Source: an uncultured bacterium (lineage in GTDB: Bacteria > CSSED10-310 > CAZUFC01). Taken from it: a stretch of DNA of 16,200 bases. Shown piece after piece: positions 8,934 through 16,063 of this stretch. Position 1 is the first letter of the stretch; every line of letters begins with the position of its first letter. The stretch lies in contig CAZUFC010000052.1 of the NCBI GenBank assembly GCA_964619725.1, positions 1 to 16,200 on the forward strand. Reading direction: 5' to 3'. The notes under the pieces are model-generated. The model did not search any database. It was given only the letters and a program-made list of their open reading frames with translations, and was not told the DNA's origin. A program made the translations under genes and the position numbers.

Positions 8934-9647
8934 GTGAATTTGAAGATGAAAGCTGAATATCAAAATGAATTCCCTCTGATCCGACATCTGGATGAGAAGG
9001 CGAGGGGTTTGATCAACGCCGGTAAATACTCGAGAGCGATACATTGCTGGGAGAAGGCATTCGAATTGTCGCCGGATCGAATCGATTTGCTGGACAAGAT
9101 AGAGAAGGCGGTAATGGAGGAGCAAAGGAAGATAGACGATCTGATGTCTGAGTCATTAGATTTTTACCGGAAGGGAGACTACGATCAGGCGAAAAAGAAG
9201 CTGGAGAAGGTATTAGAGATGGACCCTGGGCATTATGCCGCCAATCGGCATCTGACAAGGATCAAAAGTTATATTGAAAGAGCGGAGAATGAAGGCGATA
9301 CGGAAGGAAACCGATTGGACAAGCGCCGGTACTTCAGAATACACGAGACGTTATCTTTAAAATATGTCCTGGAGGAATCCTTTGAAGGGATAGAAGAACC
9401 GGCAGTGGTTTTGAATTTCAGTCTTGGAGGAATTCTGTTTGAAGCAGAACGACGCTTACCCCCGGCAGCCCGCCTTTATCTTATTTTTCATTTGCCTGAC
9501 AATACTGAACCCATAAGGGTATTATCCCGGATCGTCAGGCAGGCGAGGGTATCTGCGAACAGGCATCTGGTCGCAGCGAAAATAATCATCATATCTGAGA
9601 AGAACCGGACGAAGCTGCAGAATTACGCCATGGAGGCAGCGGCTTAG
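8934..9647 (+). CDS. TPR-repeat protein with C-terminal PilZ (c-di-GMP binding) domain
   Basis: Two TPR-like helical units (AGKYSRAIHCWEKAFELSP; KGDYDQAKKKLEKVLEMDPGH), then PilZ motifs RxxxR (RRYFR) and NxSxGG (NFSLGG). Start may be the downstream ATG (MKAEY). Confidence 0.88.
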   Translation: MNLKMKAEYQNEFPLIRHLDEKARGLINAGKYSRAIHCWEKAFELSPDRIDLLDKIEKAVMEEQRKIDDLMSESLDFYRKGDYDQAKKKLEKVLEMDPGHYAANRHLTRIKSYIERAENEGDTEGNRLDKRRYFRIHETLSLKYVLEESFEGIEEPAVVLNFSLGGILFEAERRLPPAARLYLIFHLPDNTEPIRVLSRIVRQARVSANRHLVAAKIIIISEKNRTKLQNYAMEAAA

Positions 9648-9894
9648 ACCCAGGACCGAGCCGAGAGTTTGATTTTCGCTGTGCGATAATTAGGTTGAGG
9701 GAGAAATCTGTAGCGGGCATGGAAGCGTATCGTATTGTCAGGTTTTTAAAATCGATCGTGAATTCATCAATTTGAAAACTAATCAGACTAGCAGTGAATC
9801 AGCATATGGAATCACCAGCCTAACCCCCGACAAAGCAAGTCCGAAACAAATCCTAATTACTTTGACGATATCGTGAGCGTTCTGGTTGATTTTC

Positions 9895-9921
9895 AAACAA
9901 AACGATTCTAATATGTTCAGC
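9895..9921 (+). mobile_element. Cassette 5' core recombination site (GTTCAGC, 9915-9921) in an attI-like or secondary-site context
   Basis: GTTCAGC is complementary (6/7) to the inverse core GCCGAAC of the downstream attC and lies immediately before the hicB RBS. The upstream sequence is AT-rich and non-palindromic, so it is not a second attC. Confidence 0.5.
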
Positions 9922-9934
9922 GGAGGATTCGAGG

Positions 9935-10135
9935 ATGAAGGTTGAAATTGAGCGGGAAGAAGATGGTCGCTGGATTTCTGAAATTCCAGAACTGCCAGGT
10001 GTTATGGCCTACGGGCGGAGTCGCGAAGAAGCGATTTCTAAGGTGAAAGCTTTAGCTTTGCGAGTAATGGCTGACCGCTTGGAACACGGCGAGGTAATCC
10101 CCGAACTCCGTGAGGTTTTCGCGGTACAGTCATAA
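9935..10135 (+). CDS. hicB: HicB-family antitoxin (short form, no DNA-binding domain)
   Basis: 66 aa, MKVEIEREEDGRWISEIPELPGVMAYGRSREEA (partial RNase H fold signature); GGAGG RBS at 9922-9926. Confidence 0.92.
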   Translation: MKVEIEREEDGRWISEIPELPGVMAYGRSREEAISKVKALALRVMADRLEHGEVIPELREVFAVQS

Positions 10136-10347
10136 GTAAATGGCCATCGACCAAGGCGCGGCTCGTTTTGGCAGCTTTACTTCGAATTGGATGGACAATA
10201 AAGCGTCAAAGCGGGACATCTCACCGTGTTCTATCGCGAGAAGGATGGTCGAATTACGTTTTTGCATTTCATGACCGTGAAAAAATTGGTCCTCGCATGC
10301 TTGCACGAATTGCCAAACATACAGGCTTGAAACCCAAAGACCTATGA
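10132..10347 (+). CDS. hicA: HicA-family mRNA interferase toxin; first codon is ATA (possibly silenced); absent from the ORF track
   Basis: Hand translation: (I)SKWPSTKARLVLAALLRIGWTIKRQSGTSHRVLSREGWSNYVFAFHDREKIGPRMLARIAKHTGLKPKDL*. HicA pattern GW..KRQ.G.SH ... H...IG...L..I....G. First codon overlaps the hicB stop as ATAA. Confidence 0.88.
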   Translation: MSKWPSTKARLVLAALLRIGWTIKRQSGTSHRVLSREGWSNYVFAFHDREKIGPRMLARIAKHTGLKPKDL

Positions 10348-10353
10348 AAACCA

Positions 10354-10441
10354 GCCGAACCACCGGATGAACCGGACGGTGAAAACGCTCAACCAAAATC
10401 CGGCAGGAAACCATCGCCGCCGGTTATCTTGGCCGTTGAAC
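10354..10441 (+). mobile_element. Integron attC-like site (88 bp)
   Basis: R'' GCCGAAC (10354-10360), 5-nt spacer, L'' GATGAACC (10366-10373) ... L' GGTTATC (10422-10428), 6-nt spacer, R' GTTGAAC (10435-10441). L''/L' pair with one extra base; pairing extends as GGACGGTGA / TCGCCGCC with a second extra base. Starts 6 nt after the hicA stop. Confidence 0.8.
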
Positions 10442-10531
10442 TAAACCGCTTCGCGGGAACTTTTTGAATTCCATCGCTATATTTAAATCCCTCCTCAACA
10501 TAAAACAGAATAGTCTTCCCGCCTGTTTTAA

Positions 10532-10560
10532 TTGCATCAGATTGAAAAAATAATTATTAT
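10532..10560 (+). promoter_or_regulatory. Sigma-70-like promoter with no downstream ORF
   Basis: TTGCAT (10532-10537)-N17-TATTAT (10555-10560), preceded by inverted repeat TAAAACAG-N14-CTGTTTTA (10501-10530). AT-rich context lowers specificity. Confidence 0.3.
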
Positions 10561-10613
10561 CAATTAATGTGCCTCTGTAATCATACAGGGGGATCGTTGT
10601 TTTTTAGTGATAT

Positions 10614-10650
10614 AAAAAGCGAAAGCCCTAAGAAGCGACTTCGGACTTTC
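10614..10650 (-). terminator. Probable intrinsic terminator downstream of the class-V PLP gene
   Basis: Minus strand: GAAAGTCCGAAG-TCGCTT-CTTAGGGCTTTC then GCTTTTT; 12-bp stem with one G-U pair and one mismatch. Confidence 0.45.
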
Positions 10651-10860
10651 AATTAAGTTTCCTTTTCATAGGAAACGCAAAACTAAGCTTCCTTATATCA
10701 TTATTTCCATGCGACATTCAAGTTTTTCGAGTTCGTTTTGCTTTTAATAGAGGTTTCGTGTCGTAATTGCAGTTTGGTTTTCCATGTTTGCCGGAGCGTT
10801 CTGCAGTTTGGGCAGGCGGCTACGTATAACGCCCGGAAGAGGCTTTTTTAAGGATTTCAG

Positions 10861-13182
10861 TCAGTCCTCCGATTTTGATGTGCCGGAAATGATTATGGCG
10901 GTACGAAGGGCCTGGATGATTCCCGGAGTGCCGGCATCTTCCATGATGGTCCTGTCTTTAACGTAACGTTGATCGCCGGCTGTCGTCCAGTTGACTATGC
11001 CGCCGCCGACGTCCAGGGGCAGTTTATTTTTGAACATGCCTTCCTGCAGCAGCAGGACCGGATGCGTGAACAGTCCGCCGGGCAGTTCATCCGGGTAAAG
11101 GATTATTCCGTTAATACGGTTTTCTGCAGTTTTAAGCGGAAATTCGTCAAGTACAGGGGTCGCTTCCACGATAATACCGTAATCATATTCCTGCATTTTT
11201 CCAAGCATATCCAGAAATTGTTCTTCTGTGGCGTTCTTGTCGGGTCTGAATATAACGTAACCCGGCCTTCCCCGGCATTCCTCCATGGCTTTGAGCAACG
11301 ATACCCGGTTAACGTGTCGGACTATTTCAGCAACAGGGGAAAAAAAGGTTTCTCGCCAGTCCTGACCGAAAAGGAAAAACACGGTTCTATCCTGCAGAGT
11401 CAGCCTGTCTTTCAAACCGAATTTTTCGGCTTTTTCCTCCTGCACACGAACCCCAAGGTAAAAACTCAGAGCATCAAAACAATCGTAACCGGTTCGAATG
11501 AATTTGAGCGCATAGGAATCATCGGCGCCCAGAGCATCTCTGATTGCATCCTGAGCCTGGCGATAAAAATTCGTCATAACGGTGCCGGTGTAGCTAGTCT
11601 CAGTATGAGTGTTCGCTGCATACTGCAGAATATTCGTTTCTATGTAGTCCTCAACTTCAGTAAGCATGAATCTCTGGTCGTTCTCTCTTTCACCGTCCAG
11701 GTCCGTTCGTAAAACCGGCAGAGTCCGCTTTTCGGCCTTCGGATGGAATTCTCCGGTCTCAGGATTCTGTCGATAATGCGCAGCATATCGCACCCACTCT
11801 TCACTCAGTTCATCCACAGCGTTTAGTATCCGCTCTGCTTCTTCTAAAGAAATTAGTTCATTAAGGGTCATGCGCACCCAGCCGGGTTTCAGATCAAGGA
11901 GGCCCCGGTCGATTCTGTTCCTGTGATAAAGAGACATCTCCTCGTCTATGTCAAGCAGCCAATGACCGTAGGGACCTGCACAGGAGCATCCGGGGCGCAC
12001 CTGAATCCCGTAAAGATCGCTTAACAATCGAGCGATCAGGTTATGATGCACGAAATATTTTTTCAGGCCGTCAGCCGGGTTTCTTTTCAGCAGATAAGGC
12101 ATCAGGGATTGCGGGAGTTCCGAGTTCTTATCGATTTCGTATTTAACCAGAAATGAAATGATGCAGAACCGGGGGCGTTCGACGGCGCCCAGGAGTTCAA
12201 TTTTTTTATTTAACGCCAGGCGATCAAGCGCTGTTTTAGTGTAGAACTTTATCACATTGCGAATGCGCTCCGGATTCATTTTTTTCTTTAAATCCAGAAC
12301 CAGGGCGGTGCGGAATATTTCGATTTTTTCCGCTGGTCTGACTTTTCTGTTGTTCAGTATCTTTCGATAATGACCCAGATGTTTTTTTCTTAAAATGAGC
12401 AGTCCGCATGTTTGAGGCCCGCCGGGGAATTTATGAGGTGAGAGAGCAAGAGCGTCGAGTTGGAGATTTTTCATGTTAATGGATTCGTAGGGAGCGGCTG
12501 CAGCGTAGTCGGCGGCAAGGGCGGCATGGTGTTTATGCACGATTTTTCTTATTTTTTCGATATCCGGGGCAATGCCGGTAATGTTGCTGCCTGCGGAGCA
12601 GACGACCCAGACGGTTTTATTCCGTTCATTTCTGTAGTATTGCAGGAGTTTGTCGAGTTCATCGGAATCAGGTAATCCGTCAGCGTCCATGCAGAGATGG
12701 ACGACTTTTGATGCGAAGCTTTCCCTCAGGACAAGATCAGAGGAATGGTGTTCCATGAGGGTAGTGATAAGGACAGGGCGTTCAGCCTCGGGTATTTTAT
12801 CAGGGGAGACGACTGGAGAGAGGTAATCGGGCAGGCGCCAACCGAGGATATCCCTGAAGAGGAGATTCATAGCGCCGGTACAACCGCTGCCGACAGGGAT
12901 AATCTGATAAGAATCGTCCAGGTTGAATGATGAGGCGATCCGGCGTAAGGAATCATTATATACCCGGTTCAATTCATCCATATCATTTTTTTTCAGAAGC
13001 TTCCGGACTTCCTTTTCGATGCTTCTTACCGGAGAACCCATAGCCGTCGCATCGGCATATATAACGTTGACTTTCCTGCCGAACAGCCCCTCATATTGAG
13101 CTTCCGGAAAATAAAGGTCCTTCCGGAATTCTTCAAAAAAAGCCAGATCGTCCGATATTTCTTCGGGAGGATGTATTTTCAT
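10861..13182 (-). CDS. Aminotransferase class V / cysteine desulfurase-like PLP enzyme with a degenerate C-terminal duplicated large domain (773 aa)
   Basis: Start placed at ATG 13182 (AAGGAG 7 nt upstream) instead of 13353. Motifs YADATA, GSGCTGA, MEHHS, SAGSNITG, DYAAAAPY, LSPHKFPGGP (PLP Lys), LYGIQVRPGCSCAGPYGH, KPGWVR; then a second partial copy with ANTHTETSYTG, GGGIV and EDAGTP. Confidence 0.9.
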   Translation of the reverse strand: MKIHPPEEISDDLAFFEEFRKDLYFPEAQYEGLFGRKVNVIYADATAMGSPVRSIEKEVRKLLKKNDMDELNRVYNDSLRRIASSFNLDDSYQIIPVGSGCTGAMNLLFRDILGWRLPDYLSPVVSPDKIPEAERPVLITTLMEHHSSDLVLRESFASKVVHLCMDADGLPDSDELDKLLQYYRNERNKTVWVVCSAGSNITGIAPDIEKIRKIVHKHHAALAADYAAAAPYESINMKNLQLDALALSPHKFPGGPQTCGLLILRKKHLGHYRKILNNRKVRPAEKIEIFRTALVLDLKKKMNPERIRNVIKFYTKTALDRLALNKKIELLGAVERPRFCIISFLVKYEIDKNSELPQSLMPYLLKRNPADGLKKYFVHHNLIARLLSDLYGIQVRPGCSCAGPYGHWLLDIDEEMSLYHRNRIDRGLLDLKPGWVRMTLNELISLEEAERILNAVDELSEEWVRYAAHYRQNPETGEFHPKAEKRTLPVLRTDLDGERENDQRFMLTEVEDYIETNILQYAANTHTETSYTGTVMTNFYRQAQDAIRDALGADDSYALKFIRTGYDCFDALSFYLGVRVQEEKAEKFGLKDRLTLQDRTVFFLFGQDWRETFFSPVAEIVRHVNRVSLLKAMEECRGRPGYVIFRPDKNATEEQFLDMLGKMQEYDYGIIVEATPVLDEFPLKTAENRINGIILYPDELPGGLFTHPVLLLQEGMFKNKLPLDVGGGIVNWTTAGDQRYVKDRTIMEDAGTPGIIQALRTAIIISGTSKSED

Positions 13183-13484
13183 GAAGTCGCTCCTTTTTGT
13201 GTTGTCGTTCAAAAAAGCATTGCCCTTTGCTGAACGAAACATGACAGCGGGTCTCATCATACAGGGAAGAGGGGGAGAATGGAAGATTGAGAGAAGGAAG
13301 ATTGTGGAAAGGCGCTTGCTGGTTTTGTTGCGGTTGTTATCTCTGATTGTCATTTTTGGGCATTGATCAAAAAAGCGTTACCTCGGTTTGATCAGTCCCA
13401 CTTTTTTATTTTCAGAGAGCTTAACAAAAGATAGACTTGCAATCTTTACTGATGTAATTCATATTCGAGGTGCGAGGAAGAATC

Positions 13485-13577
13485 GTGAATCAGGGATCGA
13501 TGCCGCCGTTTGGATTTTCTGAGAATGATCCAATTGAGGTTGCAATTTTGGAGAATTTCATTTTTTATTATCTGTGA
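13485..13577 (+). CDS. Possible 30-aa small ORF upstream of the radical SAM gene
   Basis: GTG start preceded by GAGGAAG; MNQGSMPPFGFSENDPIEVAILENFIFYYL followed by tandem TGA TGA. No homology evidence. Confidence 0.2.
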   Translation: MNQGSMPPFGFSENDPIEVAILENFIFYYL

Positions 13578-13692
13578 TGATCCGTGATATCCGGGGTCGC
13601 TGCAGACGTTGGAATTGTTTCCAAAAACCCGGGTATTTTGATATGACCGAACCATGAAATTTTCAACCTATCGACTTTCTGGATAAACAATC

Positions 13693-14835
13693 ATGCGACC
13701 TTATCTCCCAGGTCCTTTGAAGACTGTGAACATTCATATAACGAACCGGTGTAATTTGAATTGTCGTTGCTGTTATCTGCCGGAGTCTTCCGTGAAAGAA
13801 GGGGAAGGGAAGGAATGGGAGGCAGTGTTTGCAAAACTGGCCGAACTCAATGTGGAGACGATTATGCTTTCGGGAGGGGACCCGCTGCAGCGGGATGATC
13901 TTTTTGAACTGATCCGGGGGATTCGGGGCTATGGTATGAAAGTATATCTGGCAGTGACGGGAGTCGGAGTTAGCGAGGAGCGCTGCAGCCGTTTGTGCGA
14001 AGCTGAACCGGATATGATATTTCTGGGTTTAGACCCTTTTTCTGGAGGGGATAAAGATGCTGCAGCGACTGAAAACAGCAGAGCCGTCGTGAAGCGATTG
14101 ATCGAATCAGGACATAAAATAACCGGCAACCTGATCGTAACGCATCGGAATATCGGGGAGCTCGAGAAAATTGCCGGTGAATTCAAGCGCCTGGGCATTA
14201 TGCATTTGAACCTGTTAAGGCCCAAACCGGACAGAAACGGAATGTGGTTTTCAGAATCGCGACTGACGGCAGAGGACTTATTGAGACTTCAGATTCTAAG
14301 GTTGAGGATCGCACGGAAAGAAAGCATGAGACTAAGCCTGGATTGCGCTTTCGGATGCCTGGTACATGGGTTGTTGCCTCAGAAATTCCTGCTTCAGCGT
14401 TTTCTTTACGCCTGTAATGCGGGAATGACTTATTTTCATATAAATGCCGACGGAGAGATATTCCCCTGTCCCTATCTCACGGAGCGGCAATTTTCCTGCG
14501 GCAATGCGTTTACCGACAATATTCGCGATATATGGCGGGACGCTCCTGTTTTCATGAAGTTACGAAATCACGACAATTTAAAAGGCAACTGTTCGGATTG
14601 CCCCATAAGATTAACCTGCAGGGGCTGCCGGGCCATTGCCCGTTATGATTCGGACGATCTCTTTGGTGAGGATGAGGATTGTCCGTTTAACGGAGACTCA
14701 TATCTGAGTTGCTTCAAGCAGGCGCTTTCAGCGCGATGGGAAATGTTGCTTTTCGCCCTGAAGAATATGTACCGGAAGCGTGAATCCAGAAAACTTCAAA
14801 AAAAACATCATATTGCAAGTAAAGGGAAAAAATGA
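13693..14835 (+). CDS. Radical SAM protein with SPASM domain
   Basis: CxxxCxxC (CNLNCRCC), SGGDPL; SPASM cysteines C-x17-C (CNAG...GEIFPC) and C-x2-C-x5-C-x2-C-x17-C (CSDCPIRLTCRGC...EDEDC); basic C-terminal tail. Confidence 0.93.
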   Translation: MRPYLPGPLKTVNIHITNRCNLNCRCCYLPESSVKEGEGKEWEAVFAKLAELNVETIMLSGGDPLQRDDLFELIRGIRGYGMKVYLAVTGVGVSEERCSRLCEAEPDMIFLGLDPFSGGDKDAAATENSRAVVKRLIESGHKITGNLIVTHRNIGELEKIAGEFKRLGIMHLNLLRPKPDRNGMWFSESRLTAEDLLRLQILRLRIARKESMRLSLDCAFGCLVHGLLPQKFLLQRFLYACNAGMTYFHINADGEIFPCPYLTERQFSCGNAFTDNIRDIWRDAPVFMKLRNHDNLKGNCSDCPIRLTCRGCRAIARYDSDDLFGEDEDCPFNGDSYLSCFKQALSARWEMLLFALKNMYRKRESRKLQKKHHIASKGKK

Positions 14836-16055
14836 AAAGGACAAAAGGAATCAGGTCGCTGGTAATTCTGATGACGGCATTCATATCGGCGTTCATTTTC
14901 TCATCAATCAATGATGCCGAAGCCGCTTCTCAGGAAGCGACGCTTACAGGAACAATTGTGTGTTATGAAACGCAACAGCCGTTGCCCGGAACAGTGATAC
15001 GATGGAAACAATCCGAAGCGACAGCTGATGCGGAGGGTGCGTACACTCTGTCGATTAAGACGGGAATGCGTCGAATCGAGATAAAGCTGCCGGACGGGAG
15101 AGATTTTTCCAAAGTCATACGTATCGAAGGAGGGGATGAATCACACAAGGTCGATTTGATCGCTCCGGGGAAAAGCCGGCCTGCGGGGCGCTGGATATTG
15201 GATATGGGGCCTGATTACGATAAATCAGGGAATGAATTGGAGTCGGATTTCAAAAGGCATTACGAGCTTTGGACAACGGATGCTTTATTCAACAACGGCG
15301 AGCCGCTGAAAATCCCGGAGATAAAAGGCAACATACACTGTCCACAATGGAGTCCTTCGGGAGAAGTGGTCGCTTTTTCGGTCGAAACGATACCCGTGAC
15401 GAAGGAACTGAGGGAATCCAGGGGGATATATTTTTATTCTGTGAAAACCAAGAAGATCAGCAAGAAGAAGCTGGAGACCGGTATATTAAACCTTCATTAC
15501 AGTCCGGACGGCAATCGAATGGCGGCAGCGGATCAGAAATCGGCATTCATAGTGGATTTACAAAAAAATGATGATGACATAGAAAAAATCGTTTCTTTAG
15601 CCGCTGATGAGAACATCCTGTCCGTCACATGGACGCCCTGGAACGCTATATTGCTGACGGTTCATGGAACTTTAGCAGAATGCAATTCAGAGCTCTCTTC
15701 CTGCTCGTGCATAATCATCAATGATGCTGATGACCCGGGAAAACGCCGGTTTTTCGGCGAGCAGGGCCGATGGCTCAGATATCCTCTGCCGCTGGACGAA
15801 CGGGGCAGGATTTTATACGCGTCCTTTGCGGAAAACGGCGCTGATGCTGTGTTTAAAGTGAAAAATTTAGTGAAGGATAAGCCTGCGAGAATTCTTTTTC
15901 GGAATGGGTCCAGGCCCGTTTTCTGGGAGAAGGAGAGCGGGGAGCTGTTCTATATGAAGCAGGATGATTTGCACGTCAATTTTATCGAGCAGTCCATTGA
16001 TTTACTGGCGACGCCTTCCATTGATTCAGCAGATTACTTTGTTTGCAGGGATTGA
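14832..16055 (+). CDS. Secreted protein: carboxypeptidase-regulatory-like beta-sandwich plus TolB/PD40-like beta-propeller
   Basis: Signal peptide (MKRTKGIR-hydrophobic-AEA); ATLTGTIV...QPLPGTVI...ADAEGAYTL pattern; propeller repeats PQWSPSGEVVAFS, HYSPDGNRMA, VTWTP; ATGA overlap with the radical SAM stop. Confidence 0.75.
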   Translation: MKRTKGIRSLVILMTAFISAFIFSSINDAEAASQEATLTGTIVCYETQQPLPGTVIRWKQSEATADAEGAYTLSIKTGMRRIEIKLPDGRDFSKVIRIEGGDESHKVDLIAPGKSRPAGRWILDMGPDYDKSGNELESDFKRHYELWTTDALFNNGEPLKIPEIKGNIHCPQWSPSGEVVAFSVETIPVTKELRESRGIYFYSVKTKKISKKKLETGILNLHYSPDGNRMAAADQKSAFIVDLQKNDDDIEKIVSLAADENILSVTWTPWNAILLTVHGTLAECNSELSSCSCIIINDADDPGKRRFFGEQGRWLRYPLPLDERGRILYASFAENGADAVFKVKNLVKDKPARILFRNGSRPVFWEKESGELFYMKQDDLHVNFIEQSIDLLATPSIDSADYFVCRD

Positions 16056-16063
16056 AGCTCAGA

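Noticed and set aside
9818-9921. A second complete attC from GCCTAAC (9818) to GTTCAGC (9915)
   Set aside because: The intervening sequence has no L''/L' boxes or palindromic pairing.
10650-10700. c-di-GMP-I riboswitch suggested by a hairpin followed by ACGCAAAACT
   Set aside because: It lacks the upstream GGCAAA element, the GNRA loop and a recognisable second stem, and there is no downstream gene on this strand.
13183-13353. 57-aa N-terminal extension of the PLP enzyme given in the ORF track
   Set aside because: The ATG at 13182 has a good AAGGAG RBS and lies shortly before the first family motif; the extension looks like translated intergenic DNA.
13446-13655. 69-aa minus-strand ORF as a radical SAM precursor peptide
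   Set aside because: It is on the opposite strand from the enzyme, has no RBS and shows no precursor-like repeat or leader motif.
13693-14835. Assigning the radical SAM gene as pqqE, mftC, ahbC/ahbD or anSME
   Set aside because: The motifs support only the SPASM superfamily, and none of the diagnostic neighbouring genes is present.
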